Both the position numbers and the translations under genes were made by a program. A DNA stretch of 64,000 bases, taken from Choristocarpus tenellus KU-1152 (taxonomy: Eukaryota > Protista > Phaeophyceae). The DNA is taken from the NCBI GenBank assembly GCA_964200185.2, contig CAXNAD020000004.1:2564-66563 (forward strand). Direction: 5' to 3'. Below, piece by piece: positions 52,250 through 63,852 of the stretch. Position 1 is the first letter of the stretch. Each line of letters opens with the position of its first letter. The notes beneath the pieces were generated by a model. The model was given only the letters and a program-made list of their open reading frames with translations. It did not search any database and was not told the DNA's origin.

Positions 52250-55200
52250 CGTCAACCTTGGCAATCTTAGTGTCCATAGAGTGTTTGCAAGAGTTGGTAT
52301 ATTAATTGAGTGCTAGTGGAGCAGAGGTGTGTAGAGTGTTAGTTGCATGCTCAAGATCATTGAAGTGCTCTCGCAGTTGTAGGTGTGGAAGTACTCTACA
52401 AAATTTTCTGTGTTAACTGTTGCCATGCCATTGGGTAGTGTCGTGGGTCGGAATTGTTCCTGAGTATTATATGTCATTAGCCAAAAAAATATTCAATTAA
52501 CTGAATTCAGTACATTCCGCCTATGGGTGTGTTTATTGTGCAAGGTGAGCTGTTGTGTGAAAGATTGAGCATCACGAGGTGACCAAGAGTAAATACTGAG
52601 TGCCACAAGGAAGGTAGGTTAATAAGATTGTAGCAAATCGTGCAGTGCAAGTAAAATATGTGCGGTAAAACAATGGACCAATCAGAAGGTTTCGATTACG
52701 ATCTCGTTTTTTCGGCAATTAAACGAAGTGTTCGAATCGTCACGATTAAAAAAACTCCACAAATGTTAAATTTCCTTTGTTAATATGTAGTCTGTGGATA
52801 ATGTAGACTTGGTGTAGATTTTCAATGGTTTCAGATACTTTGAATTAGTGATGATGCTGTATTTGGGCATTTTTGTTGGAGTATTTTTTACAGCTAGTAT
52901 GGATAAGTGTTTTAGTTATCATCAAAAATAAAAGTGATGTCTACATCATACAGGGGGCATGTCACTGTTTGCCCTGTTGACTGTGGTGTATCTCATAATA
53001 GTACTGTTGTATCCAACCCCTTTTTTACATGGGGTGCAGTCATTTGTTCTTGAAGGAACAAGAGACACATCAACATGAGCCGATTTAATGAGTAAGGGAA
53101 ACATACTGGAAGGGTTATTCTTTGAGGGTAAAACCTTCTGGAGAAGCACATTTTACTATTTTTTCTGGAGGACTTCCTCTGAGCCTGCTATCATCAAACA
53201 ATGGTACACTTGAAGTGTTACGCCAATCACGACTCAAACAAAGTATGCTGGGAGAGGTCTGGCTCAAACTGCAAGCTTTCTTCCTGTGCTTGAGATGCCC
53301 CGACTTCCCCTACCTATTCCCCTGCTATTAACACATGCATGATCCTTTATTCACTCTTGCGGAGCCTCTGTCTTCCTCGCTTTTAAGGTCATTATGTGTG
53401 TTCATTTTGAACAACTTTGAAGTTGACATAAGCTGCTTGTCAGACACCCTGTTTGCACAGCTGACCCATGCTCCTCTCATTGCTGTGTACGTTGAATACT
53501 TTGGCCTGGTGGTTGTCAACTCATGTCATCTCATTCTATTGAATCAATGTCCAATGTACTTTTTGTCTAAATATAATAATACACAAAGGCAAAAAAGCAT
53601 GATAGTCTCAATCGATTACGTTGGCAGTACATGTAACATAAAGTGTAACCTAAGGCACAGGTAAGGGGCCAAAGTAAACCAGAGGTATCCAGGATTAGAC
53701 TGATTGCATTTTATACGTGTTATTCAATATTTTTCTATTCGTCCATATTTCTATGAATGAAGTTCTAAGCTTGGCCTGAGAGCATTTACTTCTCTATTGT
53801 TTGAAAACCTTCTGATACAATTCACAAAATATCCTATACATACTTTTTAAAAGCTGACTTTTGTACATATTTGTCAGCATCCATAAAATGAAACTCTGTG
53901 TACCTCTCATTTACTTTGACTGAAAGGCATTGATAGTTGTGCACAACTACTTTCATTATCACTTAAAGTTCTAATAATATGGTGCACCCACTCCAGCGGG
54001 ATATTCCTTGTGAGTAAATGTTTGCTATAAATTGTGCAGAAAAACGATCCGACAAGGAGATTTGGGGTCAGAACTGACTGGACATGTGCTTGAGTGACAT
54101 CTGCCTCTGTGCCCTAAATGAACAAACTGTTGGTAGTGTTTGGGCATGAGACAAAAGAGCCCCATTAAAAAGGAAAGAGCAACTAAGGGATGACCTAAAG
54201 TCTCATGAAAGTGAGCAGACAGAAGGCATTTTTTTGTCAACTTGGAGAGGTAACAATATCAGCAGCAGTCTACGAGGGACAACTCACATAAACGTCGAAG
54301 TGTCATCTCAAGTGCTCTGGAGTACTTTGGGTGATGCTTGCAGAGGCATCACCTCATTAACAGCTTCTTTCGAGGCTTCAAATTCTACCTTCCTGGAAAA
54401 CTACTTTATTTTGTGTTACGGTGGATGGCACGAAACATTAAAAATGCGCTTCTTCTCACATATTTTCATCCCTGTATCTCCTCTTTGGTCAGTGTTGACC
54501 GCCGCCTGTGGACCAATTTGTTCATGGTGATTTTGACCCTTGCAAGGAAATCCGATCCAACATTATTCATAACCAACACAATTACCAAGACGCACTATAC
54601 GCAAGATAAAGACACAAAACAAACTCAGCAGGTCGAGGGTGGTTCTTCTCCTACATGAGGAGGCCAAACACACACCACAATCCCTCTATTGTAGTTCAAG
54701 GCTATTGTTGTTGTGGATGTGCTCCTCATTGGCCATCATGGAGTGGTGTTCCATTCCAGCCCTCTTAACATCTCGACCTCACTGGGGGATTGCAGTACTA
54801 CTTGTAGTTAGCCTGCCCAATACAAGAAGAGGTCGATGATGGAGTGGTACCGAATACAACATGCCTAGTGGACTGCTTTATGGTTCTATCTTATTACAAA
54901 CAGGTTATTGTCTTGCCTGGTTGCACCAAATAGAAAACTCCAAAGTCCTGTGAAAGGACATCACATGTCGCCTCCACAGAAATTTGATTCGAGAGGAAAG
55001 TCGTTCAAGAGTCAACACAAACAATTCAATATTTTCGATGTAACCACTAAATATTGGCAACATTATATTTTATCGGGAAAATTACGAACAAGCAAACGAA
55101 AGAAAGAGATACAGCAGATCTAGAGATATTCCCCTGTGACAGAAGGGTAAGTACTCGCATCACCAATCCCTCAACTCTCTGCCAATCAGATTATATATAC

Positions 55201-55399
55201 TATTACGTGCAAGATATATTCAAAGCATCAATGAGGTCGAAACTGATGAAACGCCATCCTCAAATCATTTTTCAACGTCATAGTCGTTTGATCCGTTTGA
55301 CACTCCGCAATTGTTGGCCATCTGCAGTCCCCCAAATCCTTATCTTCTTGTACACGCATACATAATAAGTCCTGCTACAATTTGGACAAACTGTTCGAA

Positions 55400-58300
55400 A
55401 TGGGTAAAGCGCGAGGCACATTTTCTGAACAGGCGGGAAGGCGTGATTTAACCATGGCGCCAGCTACTGGCTCCTTCGGTGACCTACCTAGGCAAGGACG
55501 ATCAACATTGCACATTCTCTTCAAGAACAATACCATATCAAATACTATTAGTAACAAACTGCACCTCCTCTTTTCGCATGTGTGGCTCGAACAGCGCATT
55601 TAGCAATATATTTGAGGTATGAAGTGGAGTTCTAGAATGAAGTAGACAATAACAGATTAAACCGAGCTCAACTCCCATCATTTCCACGCAATATTTGATG
55701 TCAGGGAGGATTCGAGCCATTCTCACGTTGGATCCGACAGCAGGGATAGAGGATCCACTCTGAACGTCTTTTCGCATCTAGGCCAGGGTGCATTTGCAGA
55801 TCCCTTTCAGAGGGAGGGGGCCGCCATCGTGGCTCCCAGGAACTTTTACGGACCTGCTCCGGAAAGTTTCTCCAGGTTTCATGTTCTTCCCTGGGGTAAC
55901 TCTTGGTATATTGGAACAAGTCGTAGCATGGTCTTTTCTTGATTAGGCGAAACCTCGATGCTAGGGTTTAAGTGTAAGAGGTGCCACCACTGAAAATAGA
56001 GACTAGGGGTAGCTCACGTTTGAATAAATATCATCATTCCCTCAAAAAGCAGGCCGCAAGCAAAATCCTGAAATGGTGAGGCCTCGGGCTAAGACATGGA
56101 AGTGGATGCTTCAGGGCTCAGATAGATAGGTAGGTATTTCGATGAGCCATTTAGATCCAATGTAAGTTCTCCCTAGGGGAAAATTTACAGTGGTCGAAGA
56201 AATACTTTATGAAGGTGTATTCTGATATACTATTTTCTTGATTAGTCGTACCCTGGTAATATAAATAGTGACACCTGTGTCCTGGTAATGTTTGCCCCCT
56301 GTGTGCTTAAGATCAAACACCTTCCCACGGAAGCAGTTGGTGTGACATTATACCACGCCCATGCACACCCCAAAGTGATGAGAAATTGTGATGCCAAAAA
56401 TGATGGGGTGACTATGAGTATGCCGGATACGGTTCAAATGCCCAATAGAATATATGAGGAGCACTCACCCATGACTATGCACTGGACCTGTGCCCTCAGA
56501 CAAAATCGATCTGGAGGACGGAGGTTTTTAGCCAGTGCTGGGGCACAAGCTATGGGCGAGTCCCCCATTGGAAATCAGGTATACAGTGCCCAAGCCCTCG
56601 AAGTTCAAAAGTGCTTCATAGCTTCTCATATTGAATCATCACAGTGTGATTGATACCCTCCAGACTTCCTCCCTATCATGTCACACTCAAAGAAACATTT
56701 GATAGCAAAAATGCTCTTTGAAGGAATGTTTTTGGTACAAAATAGTCCACACTTGACTATGAAGAGCTTGTACAAAGATAAAGAAAAAACAATCCCCTTG
56801 CTTCAGTATACTAGCAGCTTTGTGTTTTTCACCTTCATTGGAGTACCAAGTAGTGCAACATGGGATCAGAAAAATGGTTTGGTTCAAAACAAGGATTCGA
56901 TATTAGGAAATGCTCCACATTCCTAATTGAAGAATATCTAAGTGTTCTTGTACTTTGAGGAAATTTCCTTACAACAAGAAATAGTGTACATACATTTTTG
57001 GTGCTCATACTGGCTACTGGCCCTAACCCTTCATCAGTATCATCTTCGTAAGAAAGAAAAAATTATGTTGATAACATCGAATGGGTGCATAGGAGACTGG
57101 TTGAAAATCTACTTTCAAAACCAACAGAAAGCTAAGATTATACATTGAGCCTATAGGATGGATTGACTTTGAGCTCGTCACCACTCCTTCAATCTCACTA
57201 CACTATACACTATGCCTATACTCGGTAGTAGATAGTCACCTCTCATACATAGGAGTAAATATTTTTGTTTTGTGCGAAAATAACGGCAATGAGTTCAACC
57301 CTACCCTAACCCTAAGCAAGATACACACTATACTGAGTAGACATAATGACGCCTGGTCCTGCTACTACAGGTGTACAACCAATACGTGCAGCTATTACAT
57401 GATATGTAACTCAGTGTAAATATAGCCGGCACTTCAAAGTAGTTCTCAGTAAATACAATTATTACTTGAAGTATTATTCATTATTATATCTACTAATTTT
57501 TTCTCAGGAGTACATATTCTAGGGGTGCATGTATGACTTGGGGCTTTGGCTCATCAGACCGAAAACAATGTGTATGCTCATCAGGGTATTGCTACTCAAT
57601 TGTGCCAATGGCTCCCACTAACCTCCCTACAAGGTAGTGTTCCTAAAGAACAAGAGGAAAGAGGTACCGGGAGTGTTCACTGGATTGAGAAAAATCAAAA
57701 TAGTACTCAAGGACATGATCACACCGTATTCCTATACGTCAGATTGATACACATTACCTCATCATATATGTGTGTATGTGTGTGTTTTGTAATGTTTTTA
57801 TCAGACTATCTCAACACACATGAGAGGACACAGCTGGGGGGGTGGTCTATCCTCTTCTGTCAGTCAAGCACTCACATGGGGCTCTCCATCAGGCAACAAT
57901 CAAGTCACCCCAACAGATTCTTATTACAGGAGGAACCGTGGTGAAGGGGGCTTTTCAAGGGATGAGAGGTCAGAGGGGTCTGTCTCTATTGTCCACACTA
58001 CACACACGTACTATGTACAACTAATACACCTAGCCGAATAACCCTCACTGTATGATAATGCCAATATTAGGTGCATAAGGATAGTACTTGGAATATTCTT
58101 ACATATTCTTCCACTGCCAAAGTTTGTACTTTTGAAGTAAGAAGTACAATTCTAGTGCGAGGCTGTGTGTTACCATGCGGTAGAGTGTTGGTCATTCTGA
58201 GTAGAATTGTTAGCTGTTTATCTCCAGACATGTACAGATTAATGTTTCATTACTGTAGAGATATTGTTGTGATAGAACAAAGCCATCAATATACTCTCAG

Positions 58301-59407
58301 TCCAATCAATAGCCAAATCAAAACCGTACTATATTGGGGTTTGTACCTTGGGAATCCTTTCCCTCTAGCAGTTAGCAGTTGTAAAGTTAGGACTGGACAG
58401 ACTTAACAAGGAGAGAATAGAAAGGTGTGTGTGTATTTATATATATGTTGTAGGGTGTGTTGTGGGTGCAGAGTTGGGGTGGTAGTTCATATTCATGCCG
58501 GAATGCCATGCAGGGTGAAGGCTAGGATTATATGAGATTGTTTTGACTGACCTTTTAAGCCAATGTTACCTCTGCCACAAGTAAAGCAGGGCAGACTTAA
58601 AAAGTGGTTACCAGTTGATGTACTTTCTTTCCGCGTCCAAGACCTTTACCTATTATATTATTTAGAGCCAAAGTATCTTAGAGGGTAGAAGATACTTTCA
58701 CTCTTACCTGAGTGCTACCACAGGGCCTATTTTCAGGCAAGGTGGACAAAAGATCTCTTCTACTCAGATTATGGACTAAAATATAGAGGTTGACTCTTGG
58801 ATGCAATACAGTATTTCTCTTTTGAAATTTAGACTTACATTTGCCTCATCTTTGTCTGCATAACTGAATGTATCACATACCAACACTTGAATCCATTGCA
58901 CCTAATGATTGCTTCAGCTGTGGTCGCCTCAGTAGAAGTGGCAGCAAGATCATTGCTCGTGTACACTCTGAGCCATCCCAAGTGGGCACCAACAGGAGGA
59001 TCTCACCAACAGAAAGTACTTCAGGGATTCGATCAGAAGGGGGTCTGCCCCTAAGGTCCAGAGGTTCGACACCATCTCCTGTGTACAACTCCAGTCCGAT
59101 TGAGCATGGTGAATACAATCCACAAACCAAGAGAACAAACTCCCCTAATGGAAGTGGAAATTTTCAGGGTGACGAAGAGTGCATTGCCAGGAGCACGCCC
59201 AGAAGCAGCACAGGAGGAGGGGTGGGTAAGCTGCCTCCAGTGTACGCCCCATTCTGTGGGGGGAGGGAAAGTGTTCGCTCGTCCAGTGTGTCTTCCAATG
59301 TGTTTGCAACAGGGGGCAACCAGAACATCGGGAATATCTTGACAGACAGACCAATCTCAAGGGTGCTTGCTCCTCCTGGTGGGCACACCACAATAAAACT
59401 GGGATAG
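55400..59407 (+). CDS. SPIRAL1-like / PPGG-motif putative microtubule-associated protein, ~331 aa
   Basis: Exons 55400-55491 (GC donor), 55705-55875, 56500-56578, 57805-57968, 58918-59407; 996 nt, phase-consistent. The C-terminus SSNVFATGGNQNIGNILTDRPISRVLAPPGGHTTIKLG matches the SPR1 C-terminal motif, and internal MRGHSWGGGLSSS resembles the SPR1 N-terminal motif. The last two exons are firm, the first three are inferred. Probable 5'UTR donor GTAAGT at 55148. Confidence 0.7.
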
Positions 59408-61227
59408 GAGTGGGAGATGCAGACTTGGGCAGCTATTGCTAGGTTCCTATTGCTTTGTCACCTTACACATCAACATTGATGGGCGTAGGCAATGTGTGTT
59501 GTGTTTGATGACAATGTGTGTTTTGTGATTTGCTAACATCATTGACAATGTGTGTTTTGTGGATTGCTAACATCATTGAAAATCTATTCTCCAGCCATGC
59601 TGTGCCAAATGAGTGACCAGGTTAGGACATGCATAGTCCAGTACATATCAACGCATTGAGATGTAAACACTTCTTAGATCTTGTCTGGGGGGAGACAAGG
59701 ATCAAAAACAAGAGTGATAAAATACTTAAAAGTTTGCAGGAAGACACTCTTGATGGCATTCCATGACATTCACCATCACCAGCAGGAGAGGCACCTCACA
59801 CATTGCTCTTGTGCTTCGGAGGATTACAGTACACCATGATGACCTGGTACAACTGTATCAACATCAGCAGTAGTAGTAGATTCGCATTGTTAATTGATTC
59901 CCCATTAAACAAAAAATAAAATGGTAGGGGAAGGAAGTCATTTAAACAATGCAACTTTTCAGTCCAATTTTTCACTGCCTCTTTGGTGGGAAATTCAGGG
60001 CACTGCAATTGACTACCTTATAATACTGATAGGACTTACCAAAGCTGTGTTGCAGTTTGTTTTGTTGTTGGTTCATTCACCACCTCAAGAAAGAGGCAGG
60101 GTATACAAAAGTATATCACACTGATCATTGCACAAAAAATGGTCCCTTGTATGGAAAACAGGCCGCAGCATCAGAAAACGCCTCTTGAACCACCCCCCAA
60201 GGTAATGGTATTTCACATAGATCCAGATCCAACAAAAACTGTGTGTGTGGGCAAGTCAATCTCTCGACAAGGGGGTTGGCGGGGTTAGTTGAAATAGAAA
60301 TGATTGGGGAATCGACTTGATCCTCCTCTACTGGATTGGATAGGATAGGGGCGGGACATATAAGCTACATTTGAGTGAGCCAAGAGTTTAATCAAGTATT
60401 TGGACACCACCAGACCTTGGACATATCTGATCAAGCAACTGGTACTTGAAGCACTGAGAAGCTAGGTCATTACACACGACTCAATTTACACCCCCTTCAT
60501 AGCTTCCATGTTTTGCTGGAATTTTATTAGGGTATAATGTCACACATGCAGCTTTGCTATTAAACACACTGTTGTAACTCCAAAAGTTTCAACAGACTAT
60601 TGTCAGGGTGCTACTTGCAACAGTGACATGATAGCATGACAAATCTAGTCACGGCTATGCTCAATTACGATAAGAAGGTTCCTCTTGCATGGAGTAGCCA
60701 TATCAAAATTGAACAATAGAAGTGTATGGAACGTATCTTACAGTTTACATCCCTTACTAAAGTGGCTAGGAAAAGGTCCTGATTGCTTGCACATTGGGAT
60801 AATGCACCTACAGATAGCAATGATGCCCAGGCCGTCAATGCAGGCTTGTTGCACTAAACACATGCGTATGTGAATGTATCCTGGCATATCTACAAGAGCC
60901 ATATTCATAGGCATAATAACTATCGCAGAAAAGAAGTACAACAGCAAGAAACACTCAAGTCCGTAACAAAGTAGTGGATAGCTCATGGCTACCTGCTGTT
61001 GCCTTTAGGGTAACAATGTAACGGGCACTTGGAAAAAGAAACACCTTCGAGTTATGACGCTACACCACAACCCAAGTGATTCCCTTTGCCTGAAAGAGAC
61101 AAACAATATTTCGCGTTCCTCTGTGGGATTCCAACACCTCTTTTGATTCTTTCCACTAGATCGCCTCCGACCACAAAGCATGCTACACTCTGCACATTGC
61201 CAACCCAGTCATTGCACCCCAAGTCCA

Positions 61228-61833
61228 TCAGCTTTTCCCATCGCCCATGCTCCCACCGAATAGCCGACTCCATTCTATTTTCTTTCTTGCTGCCAACCAT
61301 GCACGCTTCCCATCCTCAGGCGTGTCCATCCCATCGGTCTTGACAGTATTAGCCTCTCTCAACGCTTCCAGTTGTTCACTTCTTTTATCCAACTCCTGCT
61401 GAATCTGAGTAGGAGTTGGTACAGCGAAAAATAAGAAAAGACAACGCATTGGGAAAGAATGAACTCACAACAGAGAAATTGCCATAGAGAAACACCAAAC
61501 CGCAAGTCCAGGTGTTTTTGTGCGTGTGTTTCCATTCATTGCTTATCGTACACGAATCCAAGCAAACACATTGAATTTTAATACGGAACAGGTTAAGTCA
61601 TGGTACATGGGGTTCTTCTACAGAAAAAATCGTAAAATCAATGCTGCAACGGGCTGGGTATTGTGTAGTAGGGAGAGGTGTCAATTTGGACGGCTTGCCT
61701 TCCAGTTGAGCCTGGGAGAGCTCTTGAAGTTCTTGTAGCCAATGCATGGTGTAGCAGTACTATGAAAGGGACATACCGAGGAAGAGACGCCAATTGACCA
61801 CGCAGGGCGTTTCCGAATGAGCACCCTAAACAT
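61228..61833 (-). CDS. Small hypothetical protein (~103 aa), probably mitochondrion-targeted
   Basis: Exons 61833-61699 (AAG|GCAAGC donor) and 61404-61228, both phase 0: MFRVLIRKRPAWSIGVSSSVCPFHSTATPCIGYKNFKSSPRLNWK+IQQELDKRSEQLEALREAN...KKIEWSRLFGGSMGDGKS. The N-terminus is basic, lacks acidic residues and contains FHST; it lies in a CpG-rich 5' region. Confidence 0.55.
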
Positions 61834-61982
61834 AGCGATAGGTTGACTCCTAGGTGTAATTTGTACTAACCCACAGAAACCATGCAGAGAGAAACTAATC
61901 ACCAGTCCGATTTATCGGAAGATCAAACCATGTAGTTTCTCATCTCTTGTTAATAGTATACTATCTATCTCGATATTGTATT

Positions 61983-62110
61983 GTAGTGGTAAGGGGTATG
62001 TACATCAATTTAAGAGGTTCGAATCCCTTCAACGCCAAACTTCTTTTCGAAATCTAGTTTCAATTATCATTTTCCAGTTTGACTATCAATAGTTATGTGG
62101 TTTGAGAAAG
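61983..62110 (+). mobile_element. tRNA-derived SINE-like element head (A box plus B box)
   Basis: TAGTGGTAAGG (A-box-like) followed by GGTTCGAATCCC (B box/T-arm) at 62016-62027. No complete cloverleaf. A 31-nt core is shared with 45457-45487. Confidence 0.5.
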
Positions 62111-62599
62111 ATGTGGTGGTGTTGATGTTGGTTTCTGTGTCAAGAAATAGTAGTAGTAGTTATTTTCATGATTAACTAATTATTGAAGTTTAATAAAACC
62201 GGAAATGAGTATAGAGTTGACAGTCGTCTCTTGCATCAACTTTGTCGATACCATAACTTTTTATCAACTGAGAATTTTTTCATGAAAATTCGTTTGTTGT
62301 AATCACATCAGCATGCTTAACCTTATTTGATGGGGGTCTCGGTTAGTAAACTTACAGTAATCGTGAGAAATACACCACCATACTTAAATGAAGTATCCGC
62401 GCGCGGTTCGCGCGCCTCTGTGCATTTAAGGACGACTTTGACGCCAGAAGAGGCCATCTTCACCCGGAGAACATGCACGTTGTTGTCTCTCCATTCTCTT
62501 TACACTATTTCCCGTTTATGCAATGTTGTCACCTGCTAACTAAGGCTCACTCATGGGGGCCCAGGCCTCTGAACCAGACAATCAATGTCAAGTCAAATG

Positions 62600-63420
62600 A
62601 GGTATTCTGAAAGTGCAGGCTTCCTGTGAGACTTAAATATCTTGTACACCCTGTCCAATTTGGTGCACTCCGTGCCTTTCTCGTTGGAATATATCAGGTG
62701 GTAAGCAATACTCATCCTGAAAAACCTCTCCACAATTAATCAGGACAGCCCCCCTCCTTCCTTATGACTGACAGGAATGTTGGCTCTCATTCCAGGCAAC
62801 GTATAGTCAGAGTGGCCTCGTACATAGTGCTTCGCCCACCCCCAGATCATCTCTGTCGGTGTCAATTCACAGTAGTACTTTGGAAGTATCAAGCAGTGTC
62901 CTCCAAGATGCTCAACCAGAATCTTAAGGCTCGGTTCTACCGCCTTAAAATCCGGCTGCTCCCCAAGAACGTACGCCATGCTCATGCTCTTATTCCTGTC
63001 CTTGCCCTCGTCCTTGGTCATCCCTGGGATAAACAAACCTCTCTCTTGCAAAACCTGTCTCATCCCCTTAACCTGTCCAACATACTCCTCGGGAGGCATG
63101 TTGGGCTGGTCGAATGGGGGTGGATCACCCTGAGCGAACGTGAGCATCTGAATATCACCAGCTTTCATGCGATGTGTATCTGCCAACAGCCTAGTGGGTA
63201 GGAGTGGCGGCAACCTCAAGCCCTTCCTCTGGCCGCCTACCTCAACATTAATTCTGGAGACAGACGCTGCACCCTCTTCCAGACAGTCGTACCAAGAAGA
63301 CCAGTCAAAAAAGAACACCGGTCTGTAGTTCTTCTCTGGATCACTTCAAGCAAATCCATTACATCTGTAGAGTGGTCCAACATCTTCTCAGCATTCCATT
63401 ATCCTTCTCGATCCTTACCT
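62600..63420 (-). mobile_element. Degenerate IS630/Tc1-mariner-superfamily DDE transposase remnant
   Basis: Motifs in order: GKDREG*WNAEKM, VFFFDWSS, KGMRQVLQERGL, QPDF, ILPKYYCELTPTEMIWGWAKHYVR..DYT, and after a frameshift KIFKSHRK. One in-frame stop and frameshifts indicate an inactive copy. Confidence 0.85.
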
Positions 63421-63714
63421 TATTAGAACAAGTAGTAAAGCCAGTACACACCGTCCTTGTCGTTGTATATCAGAGAAAATGTATCTTAGAGGGTAGAGCC
63501 GCGTCCATTTGGGGGGCCAAAATACCATGTTGTGATTTTGATGTATTTTTGGCTATTGTGTTTGTTAGGAAGTGTCAATATCCTTACACACCTTTTCATA
63601 ATGTATACATTTTACCTACTCCGAAATATTTCGGAGTAAACCGTGGATTTGGAGAATTGAGGAAGGAGTGTAGTATTGAGGATGGGTTCTGATCGAAAAC
63701 GGTGCGGAAAAAGT

Positions 63715-63852
63715 ACCGATATGTTTTTTTTTATGTTTCAGCACTTTTAAGGGCTCGGGATATGTTTTTTTTGTTAATGTTTCGGCGCTTTTAAGGGCCC
63801 GGGATATGGGTTTTTTTTTTAATGTTCCGGCACTTTTTAAGGGCCCGGATAT
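63715..63852. repeat. Degenerate ~42-bp repeat (GATATG-T run-ATGTTTCGGCACTTTTAAGGGCCCGG), 3 copies
   Basis: Read directly; CpG-retaining and located upstream of the transposase remnant. Confidence 0.7.

Noticed and set aside
52959-53130. Selenoprotein or readthrough at TGA 53076
   Set aside because: No redox motif (UxxC/CxxU), no recognisable family and no SECIS identified.
35395-55275. Shared word CCTCAAATCATT (minus-strand NDLR) at ~35399 and ~55258 as a repeat family
   Set aside because: Only a 12-nt exact match with weak flanks, compatible with chance in 64 kb.
55701-55960. Minus-strand ORF (..YPREEHETWRNFPEQ..) as a separate gene
   Set aside because: It is largely antisense to a phase-consistent + strand exon (55705-55875), and I could not build a consistent minus-strand exon chain.
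61975-62045. Intact tRNA gene
   Set aside because: A and B boxes are present, but I could not build acceptor and anticodon stems; treated as a tRNA-derived repeat.
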